Assembly (NCBI GenBank): GCA_963718915.1
Contig: CAVRAI010000004.1
Location: 870,001 to 902,000 of the forward strand
DNA length: 32,000 bases
Direction of reading: 5' to 3'
Origin: an uncultured Chloroflexia bacterium
GTDB taxonomy: Bacteria > Chloroflexota > Ktedonobacteria > Ktedonobacterales > JADMIN01
A program made the position numbers and the translations under genes. The notes beneath the pieces are model-generated. The model did no database searches. It was not told where the DNA came from and was given only the letters and a program-made list of their open reading frames with translations. Of the stretch, positions 18,209 through 27,020 are shown in pieces; position 1 is the stretch's first letter, and every line of letters starts with the position of its first letter.

Positions 18209-20593
18209 ATGTCTGATTCAACATTTGTACCGAGGCGCGAATGGCGACACATTTCAACCAGGGGGCGCTTTACGGTGGAGGCGGTAGCCGATGACATCCT
18301 GCGTGTCGCGTTTACGCCCGCGAACGCACAGCCACACCGTAGCTGGTCGCTTGCCCCTTCTGCAATGGCTCTGCCTGACGCGGACGTTACGATAGATGAC
18401 CAGGGAGATCACGCCAGTCTGCGCACGAATGCGCTTCAAGTGGCATTGACCGTGCCAGATGGAGAAGAGTCGCTGCAACTGGTCATCAGTCGACAGGATG
18501 GCAGTGTTGTGCTGGCGCGCGCCATAATCGGCCTGGTCTCCACCGGGCGTCCCGTCTGGACCGCGGCGCTCGCGGAAGGCGAAGTGATTTATGGCGGTGG
18601 CGAGCGCACTGGCCCGTTGAATAAGCGTGGCCGGAGTATGACCTTTTGGACCACTGACCCACTCCCCAATCATGGCGATCAGACCGGTGCGATGCATCAG
18701 TCTGTTCCGTTTCTTATTGGCCTGGTGGACGGCAAAGCCTATGGTGTCTTTTTCGATGTCAATGAGCGTGCCGAGGCCGATATTGGCAAGGCTCAAATTG
18801 ATGTCCTGACCTACGCGCCAGAATCCGCCGAACTGGTAGCCTATGTTGTCGCTGGCCCTACACTGGGTGATGTGCTGCGGCAATACACCTCACTCACTGG
18901 ACGGATGCCGTTGCTGCCGCGCTGGGCGTTCGGCAATCAGCAGTCGCGGTGGAGCTATATGTCTGCCGACGAAGTGCTCTCAATCGCCAGTGAATTCCGC
19001 GAGCAGGGGATCCCGTGTGACGCCATCTATCTCGACATTGACTACATGGACGGATACCGCGTCTTTACCTGGAATCCCGATCGTTTCTCTAATCCCGCTG
19101 GCCTGATTGAGACCTTACGCGAGCGGCACCTGCGTCTCGTGACGATCATTGATCCCGGCGTCAAAGTCGATGCTGAGTATGCGGTCTACCAGGTAGGTGA
19201 ATCCGAGGGTTACTTTGCGCGTGCGGCAGACGGCGCGCTTTTCCAGGGGTGGGTCTGGCCCGGGCTGAGCTGCTGGGGTGACTTTGCCCAGCCTGAGGTG
19301 CGATCATGGTGGGGCGATCAGCACCGCGGCTTCGTCGATGCGGGTGTGGCGGGAATCTGGATCGATATGAACGAACCCGCGCAGGCGGGAATCTTTGCGC
19401 CACCCAGCGTCACGATTTCCCACGGCGAGACGTTGCCGGACGATGTGATGCACGGCACGCCAGATGATCCCATCACCCATGCACGATTCCACAACGCCTA
19501 TGGACTGGCGATGGCGCAGGCCACTTTTGAGGGCTTGCGGCGATTGCGGCCCGACGAGCGGCCATTTGTGTTGACGCGCGCCGCCACTGCAGGCTCACAG
19601 CGTTACGCGATTGTCTGGAACGGCGATTCGACCAGCAGTTGGGATAATCTGCGTTTGGCGATTCCGCTCAACCTCGGCGTCGGGCTGTCCGGCTTCCCGA
19701 TGACCGGAGGCGATGTTGGTGGATTCTGGCAAAACACTACCGCAGAGTTGTTAGTGCGCTGGACGCAATTGGGAGCACTGCTGCCATTCTGTCGCAATCA
19801 TAGCGCGATGGGCACCGCGCGACAGGAGCCCTGGGCATTTGGCGAGCCATATACGCGCATGTGCCGCGAAGCCATCGAGCGGCGATACCAGCTTCTGCCG
19901 TATCTGCTCGCGCTGGCTCACGAGGCCGCGTTGACTGGCGCTCCGATGGTGCGTCCGCTCTCATGGATCACTCCGACCCATGCCGAAAGTCTTGCCTGTG
20001 ACGATGAGTTTTTGCTGGGCGATGGGCTGCTGGTCGCGCCCGTGCTGGACGAAGGCGCAACATCGCGCGAGGTGTTGTTGCCACCGGGCGAGTGGTTCGC
20101 ATGGGAGAGCAGTGCGTTGCATGCTGGCGACCAGCGACTCTCGGCGCCCGTCACGCTTGATACTTTGCCTCTCTATGTGCGCGCGGGAACGATTCTGCCG
20201 CTGGCAGCGGTCGCGCAATCCACCGATGGCATGACTGAGCAACCGTTGACGCTTCATGTGTATCTTTCGGCGAACAGCCCGACAGCGGTGGCGGAAATGT
20301 GGCTGGATGACGATCATCCATTGGCCGAGGAGCGCGGTACATTCGGAATCTGGCGGGCGCGGGCAACCTGGCAGGAGGACGATCTGACCGTGCGGCTGGA
20401 GCGCGTCAGTGGGCGGCTTGCATGGCCTTACCCTGGTTGTTCCATTGCGCTACATTTGCCTGATGGATGGACCGCCACATCGCTCGATAGTACGGTTGAC
20501 TGCAAGGCGATACATTCACCGCGCGCTATCGTGTCGCGCACGAGTGAACTGTTAAGGGTGGCGCTCGGTCGTTCGTGTATCTTCGCCCTGTAG
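18209..20593 (+). CDS. Glycoside hydrolase family 31 alpha-glucosidase
   Basis: The GH31 nucleophile region GIWIDMNEP is present, together with VWNGDSTSSW, the acid/base region GGDVGGF and FCRNHS. The size is 794 aa. Confidence 0.9.
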   Translation: MSDSTFVPRREWRHISTRGRFTVEAVADDILRVAFTPANAQPHRSWSLAPSAMALPDADVTIDDQGDHASLRTNALQVALTVPDGEESLQLVISRQDGSVVLARAIIGLVSTGRPVWTAALAEGEVIYGGGERTGPLNKRGRSMTFWTTDPLPNHGDQTGAMHQSVPFLIGLVDGKAYGVFFDVNERAEADIGKAQIDVLTYAPESAELVAYVVAGPTLGDVLRQYTSLTGRMPLLPRWAFGNQQSRWSYMSADEVLSIASEFREQGIPCDAIYLDIDYMDGYRVFTWNPDRFSNPAGLIETLRERHLRLVTIIDPGVKVDAEYAVYQVGESEGYFARAADGALFQGWVWPGLSCWGDFAQPEVRSWWGDQHRGFVDAGVAGIWIDMNEPAQAGIFAPPSVTISHGETLPDDVMHGTPDDPITHARFHNAYGLAMAQATFEGLRRLRPDERPFVLTRAATAGSQRYAIVWNGDSTSSWDNLRLAIPLNLGVGLSGFPMTGGDVGGFWQNTTAELLVRWTQLGALLPFCRNHSAMGTARQEPWAFGEPYTRMCREAIERRYQLLPYLLALAHEAALTGAPMVRPLSWITPTHAESLACDDEFLLGDGLLVAPVLDEGATSREVLLPPGEWFAWESSALHAGDQRLSAPVTLDTLPLYVRAGTILPLAAVAQSTDGMTEQPLTLHVYLSANSPTAVAEMWLDDDHPLAEERGTFGIWRARATWQEDDLTVRLERVSGRLAWPYPGCSIALHLPDGWTATSLDSTVDCKAIHSPRAIVSRTSELLRVALGRSCIFAL

Positions 20594-21779
20594 CCAGAGC
20601 GAGACGTGCGCTGGATGCATCGTCGTCTCAACGGTTTCCAGCAGGCTGCTGGTGAGGTGTGTCAGCTCGACCTCGCTCCGTAGCGATGCGCCGAACTTGT
20701 CGAGCAGTTTGCGCGCATCATAGCGGCTGCGATAAAAGCGCCGGTCGATGAACCGCTGCATGCGTTGGCGTAGCGGTTGGAAAAGTGCGGCAACGAGCAG
20801 CGTTGTGATGACAATCAAGATGGGCGACTGCTGCTCATGCTGGCCGGTCAGCGCATTGATGAGCGCTTGCGCCCCGACAACGCCGACGAAGTAAACACCC
20901 ACCAGTACAGCGGTCAGTGAGCCATAGACCAGCGTCCGATTGATGAGTACGTCGATGTCGAAGAGACGATAGCGCAGAATCGAGATACCCGTAGCGCCCG
21001 CGATGGCGACAAGCGGAACATAAAAGACATAGCTGCTCACGTTGCCATTGAGGGCAAAGATGACGACGACGAGAAACAGGATGAAGATAATGCAGAGAAT
21101 GGCCGCATAGCCGAGCCACTTTATCTGCTGGCGCTCCATACCGCTCGCACGCCTGGCTCGGACAATGAGTGAGACGCCACAGCATATCGATGCCACGAAC
21201 AGCAAAACCGTCAGCAACGTCGAAATGTTGTCGCTCACCGTGCTGTCGATGAGCTGGATCGGATTCTTTAGAACTGGGGAGAGTTGTGTCTCATTCGCGA
21301 TGTGGCCAAAGAGCATGTCAAGAGTGACCCCTGCCAGCAAAATGGTCGTGATAACGAAGAGTGGTCGCCAGCGCGGAGATGGCAGGTGGCCAGTCGGGAA
21401 CAGTAGCAGCACGTAGGTGAAAATGAGGAGGAATCCCAGAGATTGCGCGGCGGTCCCAATCACGCCGAGTAAATTGGCCGCTGGCAGCGTCCCGGGTTGT
21501 GTGATTAACCCATGCGTGGCGTATGCGAGCGAGAAACTACTCAAGGCCCAGATGAGCGCCGACGCGCAGAATAAGGTTCCAATGCGCGTTCTCTGGCCGA
21601 CGCACAGCGATCATCACACCTACCAGGGCAAAACCAGCCAGCGCCAGCGACTGAAACACAATGCCTGGAATCGCTGCTGGCGAGGTATCAAGCACGGTGA
21701 GGACGTCGCCGGCAATCGAGAGCGCCACGACGAAAATCAGTGCGAATACCGCGAACACGCGAACAAGCCGAATCTTCAC
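20552..21779 (-). pseudogene. Polytopic (about 10 TM) membrane protein, paralogue 1, interrupted by one extra base (or an assembly indel)
   Basis: The track ORFs 21537-21779 (80 aa, GTG start) and 20552-21544 (330 aa) lie in adjacent frames. Removing one base near 21585-21588 (GAG AAC g CGC ATT) gives ...IAVRRPEN-RIGTLFCASALIWALSSFSLAY. This aligns with paralogue 2 ...ISRRPDNTVGWIFCAIGLGTATTSFSASF. The C-terminus is RYRLFDIDVLINRTLVYG...RFYRSRYDARK...MHPAHVSLWL. Confidence 0.65.
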
Positions 21780-23030
21780 GATGATCGTTCCCTTTCGGCT
21801 GCACGCAGCCAGAGCGAGACATGCGCAGGGTGCATTGTCTGCTCTACGGTCTCCAGCAAGTGATCGGTCAGGTGGTCCAACTCGATCTGACTCCGCAGCG
21901 ATGCGCCGAACTTGTCGAGCGTCTTCTTCGCGTCATAGCGCGAGCGATAGAACCGCCGATCGATGAACTGCTGGAAGCGGCGGCGCAACGGCTGAAAGAG
22001 CGCGGCGATCAGCAGGGTCGTGACAACAATCAGCACCGGCGATTGCGACCCCTGTATGCCAGACAGCGCGCGGCCAGAGAGCACGTTGACCAACGATTGC
22101 ACGCCGACCACGCCGAGGAAATAGACGCCTGCCAGCACAGCCGTCAGCAAGCCATAGACCAGCGTTCGGTTGATGATGACGTCGATATCGAAGAGGCGAT
22201 AGCGCAAGACGCCAATGCCAGCACCGATGGGGAGCATCACGATACCCAGCGCGAAGGTGACATTGCTGAGCGCGTTCTCATTCGGGATGATGATGATGGA
22301 TGGGACCAGAATGGCAACCATCGCCGCTACACCCAGTGCGAACCACTTTATCTGCTGGCGCTGGATGTCTCGCGACTTCACATAGCGTGTGATAATCGCC
22401 GCTACAGAAGCGAGTGCGCAGAAAATGAACAGTAGTCCGCCAGCGTTGGTGACCGCATTGAGCACTGGGCCTGCTCCGTCGATGCCGAGCGGGTTCCAGA
22501 TGCGATTAGGTGGACCGGACTGTCCCGGAGTCGATTCCTGATAGCCAGGTGTGATTATGGCGGTGAGCACAGACAGCGCAATCAAGACAACATCGAGCCA
22601 GAAGACAAATCGCCAGCGCGGTGATGGTAGACGCCCTGTCGGGAAAGAGGAAGAGCAGCAGTGTACCCATTCCCAGGTTTATTGGCCAGACAGTATTACC
22701 CAGTATTTCAACTAGTCCCACGATGAGCTGGGTATCTGTGTGATTCGCGAGGGCATGCTGCACGAAAGACGCGCTGAACGAGGTGGTTGCCGTGCCGAGG
22801 CCAATGGCGCAGAAGATCCATCCGACCGTGTTATCCGGCCTACGCGAGATGATGAGCGCTCCCATGGTGGGAAATGCAAAGAACGCCGCGACCATCGAAA
22901 ATGTTCCCAGGAACGCATTATTCTCGTTGCTTCCCGGCGTCTGAGTGAACAGGACGATGGCCGCGACAATCACGATCAAATCAAGCAGCCAGAGAATCCA
23001 TCCGAGGTGTCGCACAATGCGATGGGACAT
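21776..23030 (-). pseudogene. Polytopic (about 10 TM) membrane protein, paralogue 2, interrupted by one extra base (or an assembly indel)
   Basis: The track ORFs 22506-23030 (174 aa, GGGAG RBS) and 21776-22585 (269 aa) lie in adjacent frames. Reading CTC TTT C CCG ACA GGG CGT near 22640-22643 gives LFPTGRLPSPRWRFVFWLDVVLIALSVLTAIITPGY. This matches paralogue 1 LFPTGHLPSPRWRPLFVITTILLAG. The stop overlaps the paralogue 1 start (GTGA). Confidence 0.65.
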
Positions 23031-24594
23031 TACAGTTCTCCCGCTGCTGTTCGCGCCCTTCCGGCTGGGGTAACAGTGGTAACCTCGCTGACGTCAGTAA
23101 CTGGCGCTTACGTCTGGCAGTATCAGGAGACGAAGAACCGTTCCCAACGCCAAGCAGTCCCAGCGCCGACTGCGCCGCAAAGTAGCCGCACAGTCCATGC
23201 ACGCCACCACCTGGTGGTGTGGATGAAGAGCAGATGTACAGACCGCTCACTGGCGTCGAGTACGGATCAACACGCACCGTGGGACGAGTAAATAGCTGGC
23301 GTAGATCCTGCACCCCACCGTTGATGTCGCCGCCGACGTAGTTGGCATTGTAGGCCTCGAGCTCCGTGGTATTGAACGAGTGACGCGCGAGGATGCGGTC
23401 GCGGAAGCCAGGGGCGAAGCGCTCGATCTGCGCTTCGATACGCGCGGTCATATCCACTGTGCAGCCATGGGGCACGTGGCAGTATGCCCAGGCGGTATGC
23501 TTGCCGCTTGGCGCCCGCGTCTCGTCGAAGAGGCTTTGCTGAGCCAGCAGCACGAATGGCAACTCAGGCAGCACACCTCGCCACACGCTCCGCTCGCCCG
23601 ACGCGATCTCCTCTGGAGTCCCGCCAACGTGAACCGTGCCCGCACGCAAACACTCCACAGCCCGCCAGGGGATTGGCCCATCGAGGGCGAAGTCCACCTT
23701 GAAGACACCTGGCCCATAGCGGTAGCGTTGCAACTGGCGGCGATAGCTTGCGGGCAGTGTGTCGCCAGCGAGCGCGAGCAGCTGGCGTGGCGTCACATCA
23801 CAGAGAATGGCGCGCGCCTGGGGCAATTCGGCGAGCGAGCGAATTTCGGTGTTCGTTACGATCTCGCCGCCGAGGTCGCGCAGGTATGCCGCAAGGGCAT
23901 CCACGATGCGCTGTGAGCCACCTTTGGGCATCGGCCAGCCAACCGCGTGACCCAGCCCTCCCAGCACCAAACCCGCGGCCGCAGTCAATGGTTGCTCCAT
24001 GGGCATCATCGAGTGGGCCGACATGCCCATGAACATCGCGCGAGCATAGTTCCCTTTGAAGACGCGCTCGGCAAGGCCACGCGCCGACTGCACCGCATTG
24101 AAGCCGAACTGTGCCATTGCGACTGACGTGATCGGGTGAGCCGCCTGCCAGAGCGGACGGAGCGGCGCAAGAATACCCTCGGCAAGGGAGTCCCAGCGGC
24201 GCGCAAGTGGTGCGAATAGCCGCCGCCAGGCGTCAGCATCGGGGCCAAGCGTTGCGCCCGTTGCCTCAAACGAGCGTTCCAGCAAGGCAGCGCCGCCATC
24301 TGGCAGCGGGTGCGCCAGCGGCGCGTCGGGGTGGATCCACTCGACGCCATACTGCTCGAGTGGCAGTGTGCGGAAGAACGGCGAACCGACCGCCAGCGGA
24401 TGAATTGCCGAGCAAACATCGTGGATATAGCCGGGCAGGGTCAGCTCTTTCGACCGACAGCCACCGCCGATGATGTCACTGGCCTCGAAGACGGCGACCG
24501 AATGCCCGGCGCGGGCGAGCGTAATAGCCGCCGCCAGCCCGTTCGGCCCAGCGCCAACCACCACAGCATCATACATTGACGAATGAGACGACAT
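22981..24594 (-). CDS. FAD/NAD(P)-binding oxidoreductase of the phytoene-desaturase-related (CrtI-like, COG1233-type) family
   Basis: The N-terminal Rossmann motif is YDAVVVGAGPNGLAAAITLARAGHSVAVFEA. The C-terminal region ...YICSSSTPPGGGVHGLCGYFAAQSAL is typical of this family. A non-conserved-looking tail of about 60 aa overlaps the next gene start by 50 nt. Confidence 0.85.
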   Translation of the reverse strand: MSSHSSMYDAVVVGAGPNGLAAAITLARAGHSVAVFEASDIIGGGCRSKELTLPGYIHDVCSAIHPLAVGSPFFRTLPLEQYGVEWIHPDAPLAHPLPDGGAALLERSFEATGATLGPDADAWRRLFAPLARRWDSLAEGILAPLRPLWQAAHPITSVAMAQFGFNAVQSARGLAERVFKGNYARAMFMGMSAHSMMPMEQPLTAAAGLVLGGLGHAVGWPMPKGGSQRIVDALAAYLRDLGGEIVTNTEIRSLAELPQARAILCDVTPRQLLALAGDTLPASYRRQLQRYRYGPGVFKVDFALDGPIPWRAVECLRAGTVHVGGTPEEIASGERSVWRGVLPELPFVLLAQQSLFDETRAPSGKHTAWAYCHVPHGCTVDMTARIEAQIERFAPGFRDRILARHSFNTTELEAYNANYVGGDINGGVQDLRQLFTRPTVRVDPYSTPVSGLYICSSSTPPGGGVHGLCGYFAAQSALGLLGVGNGSSSPDTARRKRQLLTSARLPLLPQPEGREQQRENCNVPSHCATPRMDSLAA

Positions 24595-24636
24595 GGAGTA
24601 TCCAGCTTCCTCGTTTTTCTTCGATGATGGGTTGGC

Positions 24637-25398
24637 TCACCTGGTCTGTGCTTTGCGCTTGCGACCCCGACCGAACCAGCGGGCAGGGGTGTTCAGCGCC
24701 GTCCGCACAGCGGCGTTCTGCCAGATATTGCGGGCGTTTGACCACTGTCGGCGGCGGTCAACACAGACCATCTGTAACGTCACCGGGCCATCAGCGTTGA
24801 AGTAAGCCGCTACACCGTGGAGCGTATGTCGCCAGAACTTGTCTTCCTGCTTATGGCCACCCATCGCCAGCCCTAGCTCGTAAATGGGATCATTTGCCCG
24901 CATCAGTACCTGAGCCTGAACGATTGGGCAGTTCCCTTCCATGAAGGACGAGAAGGTAATCCAGCCGGCAAACATGTGGCCTTCTGGCGTCATGAGTGTG
25001 AATGACTCATCATCCGCATACAGCACCAGCACACCAGTTGAGAGGGGCATCCCGCCTGTCTTGATATTGAGCAGCGCGACCTCTCCCGGAGCGATACCGG
25101 TGATCGGGCCGTAGAAGTGATTCCCTTTCGGCCAGAATGCGGCAAAATGGTCCTTCCACGTCTGAATAACCTCAGTCGGTGTCACCATGGCGCTTTCCAA
25201 CCGGATGCGATAGGTCTTCTGCCACATCTTGCCGAAGCCCTGTAGCGGGCTAACCACCCGCCGACCTTCGACATTCAGGTTGATAGCGTGGTCTGGAGCC
25301 TCGGAGACGCGCAAATCTGTTCCCCGCTGTGCCCAATTGGCGGCGTCACGCGGTTGCCCTCCGGTCGCACCCGGTGTTGGTGTCGCTGGATTATCCAC
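24637..25398 (-). CDS. Unassigned soluble protein X (253 aa), paralogue of 25481-26230
   Basis: The gene has a GTG start. It shares long identical blocks with its neighbour (HAINLNVEGRRVVSPLQGFG, LYADDESFT.MTPEG). No TM, signal peptide or catalytic motif that I recognise is present. The C-terminus is basic (GRGRKRKAQTR). Confidence 0.75.
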   Translation of the reverse strand: MDNPATPTPGATGGQPRDAANWAQRGTDLRVSEAPDHAINLNVEGRRVVSPLQGFGKMWQKTYRIRLESAMVTPTEVIQTWKDHFAAFWPKGNHFYGPITGIAPGEVALLNIKTGGMPLSTGVLVLYADDESFTLMTPEGHMFAGWITFSSFMEGNCPIVQAQVLMRANDPIYELGLAMGGHKQEDKFWRHTLHGVAAYFNADGPVTLQMVCVDRRRQWSNARNIWQNAAVRTALNTPARWFGRGRKRKAQTR

Positions 25399-25480
25399 TG
25401 GTGTTCTCTTTCAACTCTGCACTTGCATATGAACTACTTTTCGATACGGCACGCGCTAGGAGACTTTGTCCGTCTTTCCG

Positions 25481-26230
25481 CTACGCGCGCCGTCCGATGG
25501 CTCGTACCGGACGGAGACAAGCGTAAAAAAACGAACGGATGGTGGCATTTTTCCAGACATTGCCCGTACGACCCCATTGGAAGCGCGGATCCAGACAGGT
25601 CCGCTCAATCACTGCGTCAGTCTGCACGTTATAGTTCGCCGCCAGATGGGTTAGCACATACGACCAGATACGCTCCTGCTGTCGTGCGCCGAACATGCGG
25701 AACCCAACCTCGAAGATCGGGTCGTTTGAACGTCCCTGGGTTTGTACCTGTGCGACCGTGAAGTTATCGTCTGCGAACGCGCTACATGTAATCCACCCTG
25801 CCTCGGGGCAACCCTCAGGAGTCATGAACGTGAATGACTCGTCATCGGCATAGAGGATGAGCAGACCTGAATGCACCGGTAAGCCCTGGGCTGAGGCATT
25901 CAACAACACGACTTCGCCTGGCGTGACGCCAGAGCGTGGAGCATAGAAGCGGTTTTCTCGCGGCTGCAACTCGCCGAAATGGTCTTTCCAGAAGCGCACC
26001 AACTCCAGGGGCGAGACGATGTCACCAGGCACGCGCACCTTGTAGGTCTTCTGCCATAGCGGTCCAAAGCCCTGTAATGGGCTGACGACACGGCGGCCTT
26101 CAACATTGAGATTGATCGCATGCTCTGGGGTATCAGTGACGTGCAGATCGGTGCCTCGCTGAGCCCAATAAGCCATGTCACGTGGCTGCGCTTGGGGCGT
26201 TCCCGTTGTTTGTGGCTCTAGATTGTCCAT
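25481..26230 (-). CDS. Unassigned soluble protein X' (249 aa), paralogue of 24637-25398
   Basis: ATG 26230 has GAGGGG 9 nt upstream. By eye about half the residues are identical to X. It has the same length and the same conserved blocks. Confidence 0.75.
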   Translation of the reverse strand: MDNLEPQTTGTPQAQPRDMAYWAQRGTDLHVTDTPEHAINLNVEGRRVVSPLQGFGPLWQKTYKVRVPGDIVSPLELVRFWKDHFGELQPRENRFYAPRSGVTPGEVVLLNASAQGLPVHSGLLILYADDESFTFMTPEGCPEAGWITCSAFADDNFTVAQVQTQGRSNDPIFEVGFRMFGARQQERIWSYVLTHLAANYNVQTDAVIERTCLDPRFQWGRTGNVWKNATIRSFFYACLRPVRAIGRRA

Positions 26231-26277
26231 CGCTAATTCCCCTCGCTCTTCCGCTGTCGCCCATCTTTCTGGGGCAG

Positions 26278-26646
26278 TCAGGAAGCGCCTGACGCCGCGT
26301 TGACCGCCTCGGCCTCTGTCTCGAAGATGCTGATAGCCTCGTTCAGTCGTGTCAGCTCGAAGATATGCTTGTAATGGTCACTCAAGCCGTAAGCAAACAT
26401 GTGCTGCCGGTGCCGGTTCATGCGGATCAAGAGCGTGACCAGCAGGCCGATGCCGCTACTGTTCATGTACTCCAGCCCGGTGAAATTCAGGATGATCGTC
26501 TTGGTCGTATTGGTGCTGGCGGCTGTGTAGGCGTTTGTCAGTACAGTTTCGGCAAATGCCGTGACTTCGCCCTCGATGTCAATGATGCTCACTGTTGGAT
26601 TCACGTAGCGGACATGCACAGTCACGCTCGGGTCCTGTGTCGCCAT
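26278..26646 (-). CDS. STAS-domain protein (anti-sigma-factor antagonist, SpoIIAA/RsbV-like), copy 2
   Basis: The 122-aa protein contains IILNFTGLEYMNSSGIGLLVTLL, with the phosphorylatable Ser position conserved. ATG lies 2 nt after the stop of copy 1, and GGAGGGG lies inside the end of copy 1. Confidence 0.85.
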   Translation of the reverse strand: MATQDPSVTVHVRYVNPTVSIIDIEGEVTAFAETVLTNAYTAASTNTTKTIILNFTGLEYMNSSGIGLLVTLLIRMNRHRQHMFAYGLSDHYKHIFELTRLNEAISIFETEAEAVNAASGAS

Positions 26647-26648
26647 GC

Positions 26649-27020
26649 TTATTTCCCCTCCGTCGCAATGGCCGGGTCGGCGAGAGCGCTCGCTTCGTCC
26701 GGAAACACACTCATGAAATCAGCGAGTCGCGTGATGTTGAAGATTTCGACGTAATGCTCACTCAAGCCGCACGAATACAGATGGACGTGGGATTTGCGCG
26801 CCTTCGCCAGCAGTGTGACGATCAGGGCGATGCCGGTGCTGTTGATATAGTCTACGTTGGCGAAATTGAGCAGAATGACCTCAGGCTGTTCCGTCTCTGC
26901 CTCGGCGTAGGCGGTGTTGAGCGTCTCTTCCGCGAATCCATTGATCTCGCCATGCAGATCAATCACAGCAACTCGCGGCTTTTTGTGACGCACATACGCC
27001 TCAAGCGCTCTGGTTGGCAT
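26649..27020 (-). CDS. STAS-domain protein (anti-sigma-factor antagonist, SpoIIAA/RsbV-like), copy 1
   Basis: The 123-aa protein contains ILLNFANVDYINSTGIALIVTLL. A strong GGAGGAGG RBS precedes it. The start overlaps the end of the upstream phosphatase/kinase gene by 20 nt. Confidence 0.85.
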   Translation of the reverse strand: MPTRALEAYVRHKKPRVAVIDLHGEINGFAEETLNTAYAEAETEQPEVILLNFANVDYINSTGIALIVTLLAKARKSHVHLYSCGLSEHYVEIFNITRLADFMSVFPDEASALADPAIATEGK

